In this document: piece after piece, positions 9,322 to 20,016 of the stretch
Numbering within the stretch: the first letter of the stretch is position 1
Layout: every line of letters begins with the position of its first letter
Made by a program: the position numbers and the translations under genes
Source: an uncultured Marinoscillum sp.
Lineage (GTDB): Bacteria > Bacteroidota > Bacteroidia > Cytophagales > MED-G16
DNA length: 64,000 nt
Assembly: GCA_964527965.1 (NCBI GenBank)
Contig: CAZGPH010000006.1
Coordinates: 175-64,174, forward strand
Direction of reading: 5' to 3'
The notes under the pieces: model-generated
The model's database searches: none
Told to the model about the DNA's origin: nothing
What the model saw: only the letters and a program-made list of their open reading frames with translations

Positions 9322-9895
9322 GAATTTTATTAATATACTTTCCTAAAATATCAAATTCTATATTTACTAATTCACCAATATTAATTAAGTTAAAATTTGT
9401 AAACTCATACGTATGAGGAATTATAGCCACTGTGAACTCATCATCATTAATATTATAACATGTTAAACTAACTCCATTTACACATATACTTCCTTTCTCA
9501 ATAATATAATTTGAAAAATCTTTAGATATTTTAAAAGTATATAACCAGCTATTTGATTGGTCTACTATATTAATACATTTTGCAGTATCATCTACATGAC
9601 CTTGTACTATATGACCATCTAACCTCCCATTAGCCTTCATACTCCTCTCTAAATTTAAAAGAGAACCTACTTTTACATTTGAAAAATTAGACTTTTTCAG
9701 AGTCTCATCTACTAACGTAACTTTGTGTGATTTAGAATTGAATTCTGTTACAGTTAAGCATACACCATTATGAGAAATGCTTTCATCTACTCTGAGCTCA
9801 CCGCTAATTGGACTTAAAATTTCCATATCAATATTCTTCTGATTTTGAACTATTGATTTTATTTCTCCTACAGATTCGATTATTCCAGTAAACAT
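9311..9895 (-). CDS. ribE: Riboflavin synthase alpha chain
   Basis: N-terminal MFTGII, NGVCLTV, GHIVQGHVD, KGSICVNGVSLT, VNIEFD. Confidence 0.97.
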   Translation of the reverse strand: MFTGIIESVGEIKSIVQNQKNIDMEILSPISGELRVDESISHNGVCLTVTEFNSKSHKVTLVDETLKKSNFSNVKVGSLLNLERSMKANGRLDGHIVQGHVDDTAKCINIVDQSNSWLYTFKISKDFSNYIIEKGSICVNGVSLTCYNINDDEFTVAIIPHTYEFTNFNLINIGELVNIEFDILGKYINKILKN

Positions 9896-9917
9896 TCCTT
9901 AATATAATATTACTTTG

Positions 9918-9938
9918 CAAAAGTAAAAGTTAAATTTG
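9918..9938. promoter_or_regulatory. Back-to-back -7 boxes: TACTTTTG (minus, 9918-9925, ribE) and TAAATTTG (plus, 9931-9938, thioesterase)
   Basis: Two exact TAnnTTTG matches in a 57-bp divergent spacer. Confidence 0.65.
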
Positions 9939-9952
9939 TTAGATAAAATAAA

Positions 9953-10471
9953 TTGATGAAAGATAAAAAAATTGCTTGCGAAAAAACTAAAATTAGTATA
10001 AGTGAGATGGTTCTCCCAAATCATACAAATAACCTTAATACTTTATTTGGTGGTAAATTGATGTATTGGATGGATATGGCAGCTGCAATTTGTGCACATC
10101 AAAACACTAAAAAAGTTGCGATAACTGCTTCAGTTGATAATATTACTTTTAAGTCCCCAATCTATAAAGGAGACATAGTAACTATTAATGCTTTTATTAC
10201 CAGAGTTTTTCAAACTTCAATGGAAATATATATTGAAGTTCTTACTCAAAACACTAAGAAAAAAACTTCAATAATTACTAATAATGCATTTTTTACTTTT
10301 GTCACGCTAAACGATAAAGGGAAACCAGTAAAATCTATTGAAGTAACTCCTAATTCTGATGAAGAAAAAAAGTTATACGATGGGGCGTTGAGGAGAAGGC
10401 AGTTAAGATTAATTTTAGCAGGAAAAATGAAACCTGAAGAAGCTGACGAATTAAAGTCAATATTTAATTAA
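9953..10471 (+). CDS. Acyl-CoA thioesterase (hotdog fold, YciA-like)
   Basis: NNLNTLFGGKLMYWMD, TASVD, FTFV. Confidence 0.92.
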   Translation: MMKDKKIACEKTKISISEMVLPNHTNNLNTLFGGKLMYWMDMAAAICAHQNTKKVAITASVDNITFKSPIYKGDIVTINAFITRVFQTSMEIYIEVLTQNTKKKTSIITNNAFFTFVTLNDKGKPVKSIEVTPNSDEEKKLYDGALRRRQLRLILAGKMKPEEADELKSIFN

Positions 10472-11579
10472 ATACCTCTTGTAACTTATTATATAAATTA
10501 ACTCCTCTAAGCTGAGTGTCTTTTGCAATAATTTCACCAGAAGGATCTAACAAGAAAGCACTAGGTATTTTATTGATATTATATAATTGAGCAGCCTCAG
10601 ACTGATAATATCTTAAATCTGAAACATTTACCCATGGTAACATATCTTGTTTGATACCTCTAACCCAATCTTTTCTACTTCTATCCAAAGAAACCTGAAA
10701 AACTTCAAAACCTCTATCTTTAAAAATTTCATAATTTTTTAAAATATTTGGGTTTTCTTCTCTACAAGGTCTGCACCATGCAGCCCAGAAATCCAGAAGA
10801 ACATATTTACCTCTAAATGAAGAAAGAGATACAGGATTACCAGTTGTATCATTTAAAATAATTTCTGGAGCTATACTTCCTACTGAGACTGCCTTTAACT
10901 TAATTAAATCTGATTCAAATTTTTTGAAATATGAATTAGTCTCAAATTCAGGGAGATATCTTTCATATATTTTCTCCCAAAAAGAAATATTTTCTCCTAT
11001 AGGCAAATAACCTGCTGTAACTAAGACTGCTAATGAATTATCTACATTATCTAAATAGTTTTTTAGTGATAACTCAAATTGATTTCTTTTGAAAGAAACT
11101 TCTTCTCTAATACTATTTATTTTTTGTATATCTTTTTCGTTATTAGCATCAATAAATGCCATGTTTAGTTCTCTGATTTCTGATCTATAGGTTGAAATTT
11201 TATCACCAATCCCAATTAACACATCTGTATCTGGAGAATCTAAAATTTTGGTAGTAAAACTAGAGTTTTTGTCATCTATCAATATCTTAATATCTCTGTC
11301 TTTAAGAATAACATCAACACTTCTTTTACCTAAGATATCAATCCTATATAAAGCTGATTCATCGTTATATACATCAAATTCAATTTCATTATCAATAAAA
11401 TTACCTGATTTAATCAATTCAATTGAGTAATCTGAATTGACCTTCTGAAGTCGGACTTCACCAGAGTTGTCACTCCCCTCAATTTTGATTAATATATTTA
11501 TTTCTTTATCGGATGAATTAGAGGAACTACAAGAGTAGATAAGTACAATAAAAAGTAATTGAATTAGATTTTTAATCAT
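10464..11579 (-). CDS. TlpA disulfide reductase / AhpC-TSA family lipoprotein
   Basis: Lipobox IYSC, C-terminal thioredoxin fold DFWAAWCRPC, IPSAFLLD. Confidence 0.9.
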   Translation of the reverse strand: MIKNLIQLLFIVLIYSCSSSNSSDKEINILIKIEGSDNSGEVRLQKVNSDYSIELIKSGNFIDNEIEFDVYNDESALYRIDILGKRSVDVILKDRDIKILIDDKNSSFTTKILDSPDTDVLIGIGDKISTYRSEIRELNMAFIDANNEKDIQKINSIREEVSFKRNQFELSLKNYLDNVDNSLAVLVTAGYLPIGENISFWEKIYERYLPEFETNSYFKKFESDLIKLKAVSVGSIAPEIILNDTTGNPVSLSSFRGKYVLLDFWAAWCRPCREENPNILKNYEIFKDRGFEVFQVSLDRSRKDWVRGIKQDMLPWVNVSDLRYYQSEAAQLYNINKIPSAFLLDPSGEIIAKDTQLRGVNLYNKLQEVFN

Positions 11580-11643
11580 GTTAAATTTTTTACAAAGAAA
11601 AGAATATCAATTCTTTTTCAATAAAAGAAAACGTTAAATTCTA

Positions 11644-14277
11644 TTAATTGTTTAAAACTTTATTAAAATAAGACTGACCTTCTTCTAAAACACTTTTCAA
11701 ACCTTCTATTTTCTTACCTCCAGCTGTAGATAAGAAATCTTGACCACCACCTGAACCTTCTATATATTTTGACAAATCTTTAATTATAACTCTAGCATCA
11801 AGTTTAAATTCTTTTAAAATAATTTTAGAAATTAAAAGTACAATAGAAGGCTTATTATTCAATTCTGTAGTAGCTAAAAATATAATATTCCCAAACTCTT
11901 TCTCCAACTCAAAACCAATTTGCTTAATAAAGTCCACTTTCTCATCCTTAAAATGATGTAATATTATATTTGAATTATTTACTGAATTAATTTTCTTTTT
12001 AATTTCATCTTTAACAGAATTTTTCCTTAAAATATCAAATTTGTTAATCTCAGCTTCTAAAATTTTATTTTTCTTTAACAAACTACTAACAGATTCTACT
12101 AAATTATTTGATTTTAATAATTCTTTTAAACTAGTTAAATCTTTAGACTGCCTATCAGAATATGATTTAAGTTCTTTTGAGGTTAAAGCTTCAATTCTTC
12201 TTATCCCCGAAGAAATTGATCCTTCAGAAATAATCTTAAAAAGTCCTATTTCAGATGTATTTGATACGTGAGTACCTCCACATAATTCAGTTGAAAACTC
12301 TTTATCAATAATCACTACTCTGACTTTATCTCCATACTTTTCACCAAACAATGCCATCGCTCCCATTTTTTTTGCTTTATCTATTGATAAATCATTTAAT
12401 ATCTCAACACTTATATTTTCAAATATTTTGTTATTAACTATATCACTAATTCTATTTAGATCATTATCAGAAATTTTTGTAAAATGAGAAAAATCAAACC
12501 TTAAAATCTTATCATTAACAAGTGAACCTTTCTGAGTAACATGATCTCCCAAGACTTCTCTTAGAGCAGAATGAAGTAAATGTGTTGCAGAATGATTTTT
12601 TGATATTAATCTTCTTCTAAAAGAATTTAATGAAAGTTTAAATTCAGAATTTAAATTAGATGGTATTCTATCAGCTAGATGAATAATTAATTCATTTTCT
12701 TTAAAAGTATTTTCAATATTTATTTTTTCTTCTCCATAACTAAAATGACCAATATCACCAACTTGGCCTCCTGACTCTGCATAAAAAGGAGTAGCTGAAA
12801 AAACAATATGATATTTTTTAATGTTGTCAGAATTAACTTCTCTGAACTTAACTATCTTAGACGTTAGTGTATTTTTTTCATAACCATGAAATTCAGATTC
12901 TAAATTACTGTTTACAATCTGCCATTCATCCAAAGATTTTTCTGAGCTTTTTCTTGATCTTTTTCTTTGTTCTTCAAGATAATTGTCAAATGACTTTTTA
13001 TCTATTTGTAAATTATTTTCTCTTGCTATGAGTTCAGTTAAATCATAAGGAAAACCATATGTGTCATATAATTCAAAGACAATTTCTCCAGGTATTAATT
13101 TCTTTTTATCATCTAATTCCTCTTTGATTTTATTAATCTTCTTTAAACCATTTTCTAATGTTTTTAAAAATGTTTTTTCTTCTTCTAATATTAGGTTTAA
13201 AATAAAGCTTTCTTGGGTCTTTAAATTTGTAAATACATTATTATATTCTTCTATCACAGATTTGGCAAGTTTGTGAAGAAAAGGAGAATTAATTTCTAAT
13301 GTTGAAAAGCCATACCTCACAGCTCGCCTCAAAATTCTTCTAATAACATATCCAGACTTATTGTTAGATGGAATTGCACCATCAGAAATAGTAAAAACAA
13401 TTGCCCTTATATGATCAGATATCACTCTAAATGCAATATCATGCTTATCATTTTCACCATATTGTAAATTAGATAACTCACTTATTGACTTAATTATTGA
13501 TCTGAATAAATCTGTATCATATGTGGAATTAAGACCCTCTATTGCCATAGATAATCTCTCAAGTCCCATTCCTGTGTCAACATGTTTATTAGGAAGTGAT
13601 TCTAATGTACCATTACTTCTTCTATTAAACTCAATAAAAACTAAATTCCATATCTCTATAACTTCTGGGTGGTCTTTGTTAATAAGCTCAGAAGTAGGAA
13701 TTTTTTTAATTTCTTCTTTACTTCTAAGATCAATATGAATTTCTGAACAAGGTCCACAAGGTCCAGTATCTCCCATCTCCCAAAAGTTATCTTTCTTAGA
13801 TCCGTCAATAATTTTTTCATCATCAATTATCTCCTTCCATATATCTACAGCTTCAGTATCCTTCTTCAATTTTTCTATTTTGTCTCCACCAAATACAGTG
13901 ATATACAATCTTTTAGCATCAAGTTTGTAATGATTTACTAATAGATCCCAAGCCCAGTGGATAGCATCTTTTTTAAAATAATCTCCAAAAGACCAATTTC
14001 CTAACATCTCAAACATGGTGTGATGGTATTTATCAATACCTACTTCTTCTAAATCATTATGTTTTCCGCTTACTCTTAAACACTTTTGTGTATTTGCAAC
14101 TCTTTTTGTTTTGGGAGTCTCGTCACCTAAGAATATATTCTTAAATTGATTCATTCCCGCGTTAGTAAACATCAATGTAGGATCGTCTTTTACGGTGATT
14201 GGAGCTGATTCTATTATTTTGTGTCCCTTACCTTCAAAATAATCAAAAAATATATTTCTAATTTTTTTAGAGTTCAT
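11644..14277 (-). CDS. alaS: Alanine--tRNA ligase
   Basis: LMFTNAGMNQFK, HHTMFEMLGNWSFGDYFK, DTGMGLER, editing HSATHLLH and ELCGGTHV, C-Ala domain GGG. Confidence 0.99.
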   Translation of the reverse strand: MNSKKIRNIFFDYFEGKGHKIIESAPITVKDDPTLMFTNAGMNQFKNIFLGDETPKTKRVANTQKCLRVSGKHNDLEEVGIDKYHHTMFEMLGNWSFGDYFKKDAIHWAWDLLVNHYKLDAKRLYITVFGGDKIEKLKKDTEAVDIWKEIIDDEKIIDGSKKDNFWEMGDTGPCGPCSEIHIDLRSKEEIKKIPTSELINKDHPEVIEIWNLVFIEFNRRSNGTLESLPNKHVDTGMGLERLSMAIEGLNSTYDTDLFRSIIKSISELSNLQYGENDKHDIAFRVISDHIRAIVFTISDGAIPSNNKSGYVIRRILRRAVRYGFSTLEINSPFLHKLAKSVIEEYNNVFTNLKTQESFILNLILEEEKTFLKTLENGLKKINKIKEELDDKKKLIPGEIVFELYDTYGFPYDLTELIARENNLQIDKKSFDNYLEEQRKRSRKSSEKSLDEWQIVNSNLESEFHGYEKNTLTSKIVKFREVNSDNIKKYHIVFSATPFYAESGGQVGDIGHFSYGEEKINIENTFKENELIIHLADRIPSNLNSEFKLSLNSFRRRLISKNHSATHLLHSALREVLGDHVTQKGSLVNDKILRFDFSHFTKISDNDLNRISDIVNNKIFENISVEILNDLSIDKAKKMGAMALFGEKYGDKVRVVIIDKEFSTELCGGTHVSNTSEIGLFKIISEGSISSGIRRIEALTSKELKSYSDRQSKDLTSLKELLKSNNLVESVSSLLKKNKILEAEINKFDILRKNSVKDEIKKKINSVNNSNIILHHFKDEKVDFIKQIGFELEKEFGNIIFLATTELNNKPSIVLLISKIILKEFKLDARVIIKDLSKYIEGSGGGQDFLSTAGGKKIEGLKSVLEEGQSYFNKVLNN

Positions 14278-14302
14278 TTAAGCTTAAGTCAATGAATATT
14301 TT

Positions 14303-14330
14303 TATTTTTGCATAGCAAAAAACAAAATTA
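14303..14330. promoter_or_regulatory. Face-to-face -7 boxes: TATTTTTG (plus, 14303-14310, M23 gene) and TAATTTTG (minus, 14323-14330, alaS)
   Basis: Two exact TAnnTTTG matches in the 71-bp alaS/M23 spacer, arranged so that the two promoter regions overlap. Confidence 0.6.
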
Positions 14331-14348
14331 GGCTATTTTAATGTAATT

Positions 14349-15335
14349 ATGAGCAAACATAAATATTATTATAATCCTGAAACGTGCAGGTACGAAAGAA
14401 TTAAAAAAACTAAAAAAGATATCTTTTTAAGGTTTTCTATATTCACTTTAACAGTATTGTTTTCAAGTTTTATATTATTAAATATTTATGATACATACTT
14501 TGAATCTCCAAAAATAGTGATGCTTAAAAAAGAGAATGAAGAACTTCAGACTCATTATGAAATACTAAACAAGGAAGTAAATATTGCTTATAAAATGTTA
14601 GATAACTTAGAGGAAAGAGATGATAATGTTTATAGAATTATTTTTGAAGCTGAGCCAATACCATCTACTATCAGACAAGCAGGAATTGGAGGAATAAATA
14701 GATATAAAGAGTTGATTGAGGGTAATTTAGAAAGAGAAGATCTTATTATTGATAACTATGCAAGAATTGATGAATTAAAAAGAAAGTTATATATACAGAC
14801 AAGATCTTATGATGAACTTCTCGATATGGCTAATAATAAAGAAGAATTAGTTGCTGCAATACCTGCAATTCAGCCTGTATCTAATAAAGATCTTAAGAGA
14901 ATATCATCAGGTTATGGAACAAGAATTGATCCTTTTCTTAAAGTTAGAAGAATGCATTATGGTCAAGACTTCTCCATAAAAAAAGGAACTCCAATATATG
15001 CAACAGCTGATGGCAGGGTAAGTATCGTAAAATCTTCATTTGGAGGATTAGGTAAATACATCTACTTAGACCATGGAAATGGGTATAAGACAGTTTATGG
15101 TCATTTAGATAAATTTAATGTCAGAAGAGGACAAAAAGTAAAAAGAGGGGAACTAATCGCTTATAGCGGTAATTCTGGAAGATCAACAGCCCCCCATTTA
15201 CACTATGAAGTACATAAAAATGGTAAAAAATTAAATCCAATAAACTTCTTTTTTAATGATTTGACTCCAAACGAATATGAAGAGGTAATTAAATTAGCAT
15301 CTGTTGAAAATCAAGCTCTAGGCTCTACTTTTTAG
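14349..15335 (+). CDS. M23 family metallopeptidase
   Basis: N-terminal TM, coiled coil, HYGQD and PHLHYEV Zn motifs. Confidence 0.93.
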   Translation: MSKHKYYYNPETCRYERIKKTKKDIFLRFSIFTLTVLFSSFILLNIYDTYFESPKIVMLKKENEELQTHYEILNKEVNIAYKMLDNLEERDDNVYRIIFEAEPIPSTIRQAGIGGINRYKELIEGNLEREDLIIDNYARIDELKRKLYIQTRSYDELLDMANNKEELVAAIPAIQPVSNKDLKRISSGYGTRIDPFLKVRRMHYGQDFSIKKGTPIYATADGRVSIVKSSFGGLGKYIYLDHGNGYKTVYGHLDKFNVRRGQKVKRGELIAYSGNSGRSTAPHLHYEVHKNGKKLNPINFFFNDLTPNEYEEVIKLASVENQALGSTF

Positions 15336-15339
15336 ATTT

Positions 15340-15669
15340 ATGCCTTATAAAGAAAGAGAAATTAAAAAAAAATACTATTCTATAGGTGAAGTGTCTGGTC
15401 AGTTAAGCTTAAATGCTTCTCTAATTAGGTATTGGGAATCAGAATTTGAAGTATTAAGTCCAAAAAAAAATAAAAAAGGATTAAGAAAATACACTAAAAA
15501 AGATATTGAGATTTTAAAAAAAATCCAATCTCTTTTAAAAGACGATGGCTACACCATTGAAGGAGCAAAAAAACATTTAAAATCAAAAGTATTAAATGAT
15601 GAAATCAAAATAATATCTGAACTTGAAAATATAAAGAAAAAACTAATTGACCTTAAAAGAAAGATTTAA
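15340..15669 (+). CDS. MerR family transcriptional regulator
   Basis: YSIGEVS...SLIRYWESEF...PKKNKKGLRKY...GYTIEGAK. Confidence 0.92.
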   Translation: MPYKEREIKKKYYSIGEVSGQLSLNASLIRYWESEFEVLSPKKNKKGLRKYTKKDIEILKKIQSLLKDDGYTIEGAKKHLKSKVLNDEIKIISELENIKKKLIDLKRKI

Positions 15670-16721
15670 TCAATTCCTAAGATATTTTTAATGGATTCAT
15701 CATCAGATCCAGAGTCAGCAAAATCATCAAAAGTCTTCTCTGTAACTTGTATTATATGATCTGAAATAAATTTTGAACCCTCTAATGCCCCCTGTTCATT
15801 ACTTTTAATACAACACTCCCATTCTAATACAGCCCATCCATCAAAACCATACTGTGTTAATTTAGAGAATATAGATTTAAAGTCAATTTGTCCATCACCT
15901 AAAGATCTAAATCTACCTGGCCTATCCTTCCAATCAGCATAACCTCCGTAGACACCAGCCCTTCCAGTCGGATTAAATTCAGCATCTTTTACATGAAACA
16001 TTTTTATGTATTCATGATATATATCTATATGATTTAGATAATCCATCTGCTGTAAAAGGTAGTGACTTGGATCATAAAGCATTTTTACTCTATTATGATT
16101 TTTTGTAGACTCAAGAAATCTCTCAAAAGTTATTCCGTCGTGTAAGTCTTCACCCGGATGGATTTCATAACAAAGATCAACTCCATTTTTATCAAATTCA
16201 TTTAGTATTGGGAGCCACCTTTGCGAAAGTTCTTTAAAACCTAAACTTACAAGACCATTTGGCCTCTGTGGCCAAGGATATACATATGGCCAGATTAATG
16301 CACCTGAAAAAGTTACATGTGCGCTCAGACCTAGATTCTTACTTGCTCTAGCAGCTAGATTTAACTGATCAATAGCCCATTTAGTTCTTTCTTTTGGGTT
16401 ATTTCTTAAATTTTCTGGAGCAAAGCCATCAAACATTTTATCATACGCTGGATTTACAGCAACAAGTTGACCCTGAAGATGCGTACTTAATTCAGCAATT
16501 TCAATTCCATATGATTTAATTTTATCCTTATAATCCTTAGCATAAACTCTATCTGTAGCTACTTTTTGAAGATCAATACATCTACTGTCCCATGTTGGTA
16601 TCTGAATTCCTTTATATCCAAGTTTAGATGCCCATTTACACACAGAATCAATATTATTAAATGGAGGCTTATCATCCATAAATTGAGCTAAAAATATTGC
16701 AGGTCCCTTTATTGTTTTCAT
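15666..16721 (-). CDS. Sugar phosphate isomerase/epimerase family TIM barrel (IolE/xylose-isomerase-like)
   Basis: MKTIKGPAIFLAQF start (ATG 16721), YEIHPGED, YDPSH, FHVKDAEF, VLEWEC. Confidence 0.88.
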   Translation of the reverse strand: MKTIKGPAIFLAQFMDDKPPFNNIDSVCKWASKLGYKGIQIPTWDSRCIDLQKVATDRVYAKDYKDKIKSYGIEIAELSTHLQGQLVAVNPAYDKMFDGFAPENLRNNPKERTKWAIDQLNLAARASKNLGLSAHVTFSGALIWPYVYPWPQRPNGLVSLGFKELSQRWLPILNEFDKNGVDLCYEIHPGEDLHDGITFERFLESTKNHNRVKMLYDPSHYLLQQMDYLNHIDIYHEYIKMFHVKDAEFNPTGRAGVYGGYADWKDRPGRFRSLGDGQIDFKSIFSKLTQYGFDGWAVLEWECCIKSNEQGALEGSKFISDHIIQVTEKTFDDFADSGSDDESIKNILGID

Positions 16722-16726
16722 ATTTT

Positions 16727-17878
16727 TTAAATTTTTATCCAAGTAGAAGATTTTGATGATTCAATTACTGCGTCAATAAATTTCATTCCTCTATAACCTG
16801 CTTCTACAGTGGGATAATCAAATAGTGGATTATCTGACCTAGAGTTATGATAATTATTTACTGAATATGAAAAATTGCGATAAATGTTTGCAAAAGCTTC
16901 AATAAAACCTTCTGGATGACCTGAAGGTGTTCTACAATTTGATCTTGAAAACTCAGAAAGATATGAATTGTCAACTCCTGATCTATATATTTGATTTGGC
17001 TTGCCATTTAACTTTAAAAGTAATGTATTAGGAGTTGAGTGTTTCCACTCAATACCTCCACTATCACCCCAAACTCTAATTTTTAAATCGTTTTCTTCAC
17101 CAGTGGCTATCTGACTAGTCATTAAATTCCCTTCAATATTATCTTCTAAAGAAATTAGTACATTACCATCATCCTCAAGTAGTCTACCTTCAACAAAAAC
17201 ATTAACCTTAGACAATAATTTAATTATTTTTTTTCCGGTAATATACTCTACCATGTTCGCTGCATGAGTCCCAATATCACCCATACTTCCTCCCTTTCCA
17301 GATTTTTTTGGATCAGTTCTCCATGAAGCTTGTTTATTATCTGTTTTTTCTAAGCTAGATGTTAACCATCCTTGAGGATATTCTACAGCAACTTTTCTAA
17401 GTTTACCTATTTTACCTGATGATATTAAACTCTTTGCTTCTTTTACCATAGGGTAACCAGTATATGTATGGGTCACAGCAAAAGGTAATTTAGTTTCATT
17501 TACTTTATCTACTAATATTTTTGCTTGAGCAGAATCAAAAGATAAAGGTTTATCTATTATAACAGGAAAACCGTTATCTAATGCTTTTAAAGCAGGATCA
17601 AAATGAAGATGATTTGGAGTAACTATTGAAACTATATCCATCCTTTCATTAATATCTAATTTAGATTCATCCCTAATCATTTGCTCATAAGATTTATAAA
17701 CTCTTTCTGGGTTTAGATATAAATTTTTCCCAGTTTCTAGAGAATTATTATAATCTGAACTAAATGATCCACAAACAAGTTCAATACAATTATCAAGAAA
17801 TGCAGCATTTCTATGAATTGCTCCAATAAATGAGCCTAATCCTCCACCTATCATACCCATTTTTAACTTTTTCATCAA
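16727..17878 (-). CDS. Gfo/Idh/MocA family oxidoreductase
   Basis: GMIGGGLGSFIGAIH Rossmann motif, VTPNHLH, IIDKPL, DIGTHA, PSGHPEGFIEAFANIY. Confidence 0.92.
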   Translation of the reverse strand: MMKKLKMGMIGGGLGSFIGAIHRNAAFLDNCIELVCGSFSSDYNNSLETGKNLYLNPERVYKSYEQMIRDESKLDINERMDIVSIVTPNHLHFDPALKALDNGFPVIIDKPLSFDSAQAKILVDKVNETKLPFAVTHTYTGYPMVKEAKSLISSGKIGKLRKVAVEYPQGWLTSSLEKTDNKQASWRTDPKKSGKGGSMGDIGTHAANMVEYITGKKIIKLLSKVNVFVEGRLLEDDGNVLISLEDNIEGNLMTSQIATGEENDLKIRVWGDSGGIEWKHSTPNTLLLKLNGKPNQIYRSGVDNSYLSEFSRSNCRTPSGHPEGFIEAFANIYRNFSYSVNNYHNSRSDNPLFDYPTVEAGYRGMKFIDAVIESSKSSTWIKI

Positions 17879-17925
17879 TTTATTTTTTTAGAAATTAATA
17901 ATATTTTTTTAATGATGGTAATGAA

Positions 17926-20016
17926 TTAAAGAATAATTGATGCTTCAACTCTTTTAGAATTCATATTGTAAAACTCTTTGAAAATATCAAAATGATTATC
18001 ATCCGATTCTTTTTTTATATAAGAGCCATCTTCTTGCAAAATATAGGAATTACAGTTATCTCTTAAATTATAATTCAATATTGTTATAGCTTGTTTTTTA
18101 ATTTGATCTTCATTAATCTTAAAAAGAGATTCTACTCTTCTTTTAAAGCTTCTTATCATTACATCTGCACTTCCAGAATAAATAACTGGATCTCCCGAAT
18201 TATGAAAATAATATAACCTACTGTGTTCTAAATAATCACCTACTATTGATATCACTTCAATGTTTTGACTTAAGTCTTTTCTTGCAGGTCTAAGGCAACA
18301 TATTCCCCTTACAATCAAACAAATTTTAACTCCTGAATTACTTGCATCATAAAGTTTATTTATAACTTCCTTATCTTGAAGAGAATTTATTTTTATACAA
18401 ATTTTCGCTTCTTTACCTGCTTTTGAATTTTTGATTTCACCTTCGATCAATTCAATTATTTTATTTCTCATATAGATCGGGGCTGTTATTAAATTCTCAT
18501 AATCATCAGGGACTGAATGACCAGTAATAACATTAAAAAACTCTAAAGCATCTTTAGTATATTTTTGATTAGAAGTCATTAAACTAATATCTGTATATAA
18601 TCTAGAAGTTGTCTCATTATAATTTCCTGTACCCATATGGGCATAATTTTTCACCTTCTTTCCCTCCCTTCGTACAATTAAAAGAAGTTTAGTATGAGTT
18701 TTTAAAGAACCTATTCCATAGATAACATAACACCCTGCCCTTTCCAATTTATAGCCATTTTTTAAATTGTTCTCTTCATCAAATCTAGCCTTTACTTCAA
18801 ATAAGACAGACACATGCTTTCCATTCTCTGCAGCCTTTAGAAGAGCATCAATAACTCTTGAGTTTTTAGCAGTCCTATATAATGTTATTTTAATTGACAA
18901 AACATTAGGATCATCTGCAGCTTCATTTAAAAATTTAATGACCGGATCAAAGGAATTATACGGATGATGCAAAAAAACATCTTTTTCAGATAAAAGCTCA
19001 AAAATACTTTTATCTAAATTAGCTTCAATATCAATAGGATCTACAGGAGATGGGTATAAAGGAAGAAGATCTGAAAATTCATTAAATTCAATAATTTGAT
19101 TTAGAGAAGTAAGGTCCATTATTGCATCTGAAGATGACCTCATTATGTTAAAATCATCGATATTAAATCTTTCTTTTAATGACTCCAATAGATACTTATC
19201 AAATGTGTTACTAATTTCAATCCTAACTACCCTGCTAAATTTTCTATCTTTTAATTTTTGTTTTAACTCCTCTAAAAAATTAGTTTCAATATCTTCTGAC
19301 TCTTCTAATGTAAAGTCTCCATTTCTAATTATTCTAAATAGACTTACACTCTTAATAACAACACTCCTGAAAAACTTATGTATATATTTTTCAATTATTT
19401 TTTCAATTGGGATAAAACAGATATTATCTCCAACCTTATACTCAAAATAGCGTGGTAAGTTTACAGGTATTTGAATAAATGAAATTTTCTTTTTATTACT
19501 AGAATCATTTGACTTAGTTACTACTCCAAAAATTAAAACCTTATTCATCAATATTGGAAAAGAATGTAGGTTATCAAAGACCATTGGAGTTAACATCGGA
19601 AATATAGTCTTCTTAAAATATTTCTTTATTTTTTTTCTTCCCTCCTCATCTAAAATTTCAACATCGCCTATTATGATTTTTTCTTTTTTTAGGTCAGAAA
19701 CTAATTTTTCGGAAAAGTGGTTATTAAAGTCTTTATAAAATTTTTTTGATTCATTTAAAAGGTACTCTCTAAATGGATCCTCTCTCATCCCAGAGTAATC
19801 AATTCTCTTCTTCTTATTGTCTATATAATTATATAAACTACCAACTCTAACCTCAAAAAATTCATCAAAATTTGAAGCTACAATTGACAAAAACTTTAAC
19901 CTATCAAGAATGCTCCTTTTACTATTTTTAACTAAGTCTAAAACTCTGTGGTTGAAATTTAACCAACTTAAATCTCTACTAATTAAATTGCTATTATCTA
20001 TTTGTTTTATATCCAT
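17926..20016 (-). CDS. ppk1: Polyphosphate kinase 1
   Basis: SRDLSWL, NFDEFFEVRV, HHPYNSF, KARFDEENN, KTHTK, GTGNYN, LEHSR. Confidence 0.97.
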   Translation of the reverse strand: MDIKQIDNSNLISRDLSWLNFNHRVLDLVKNSKRSILDRLKFLSIVASNFDEFFEVRVGSLYNYIDNKKKRIDYSGMREDPFREYLLNESKKFYKDFNNHFSEKLVSDLKKEKIIIGDVEILDEEGRKKIKKYFKKTIFPMLTPMVFDNLHSFPILMNKVLIFGVVTKSNDSSNKKKISFIQIPVNLPRYFEYKVGDNICFIPIEKIIEKYIHKFFRSVVIKSVSLFRIIRNGDFTLEESEDIETNFLEELKQKLKDRKFSRVVRIEISNTFDKYLLESLKERFNIDDFNIMRSSSDAIMDLTSLNQIIEFNEFSDLLPLYPSPVDPIDIEANLDKSIFELLSEKDVFLHHPYNSFDPVIKFLNEAADDPNVLSIKITLYRTAKNSRVIDALLKAAENGKHVSVLFEVKARFDEENNLKNGYKLERAGCYVIYGIGSLKTHTKLLLIVRREGKKVKNYAHMGTGNYNETTSRLYTDISLMTSNQKYTKDALEFFNVITGHSVPDDYENLITAPIYMRNKIIELIEGEIKNSKAGKEAKICIKINSLQDKEVINKLYDASNSGVKICLIVRGICCLRPARKDLSQNIEVISIVGDYLEHSRLYYFHNSGDPVIYSGSADVMIRSFKRRVESLFKINEDQIKKQAITILNYNLRDNCNSYILQEDGSYIKKESDDNHFDIFKEFYNMNSKRVEASIIL

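Noticed and set aside
9896-9952. FMN or TPP riboswitch upstream of ribE (or thiL at 28793-28849)
   Set aside because: Both spacers are under 60 bp, AT-only and occupied by promoter boxes; no aptamer core fits.
11580-11643. Intrinsic terminator after alaS
   Set aside because: Only an imperfect, almost all A/U inverted repeat, too weak to call.
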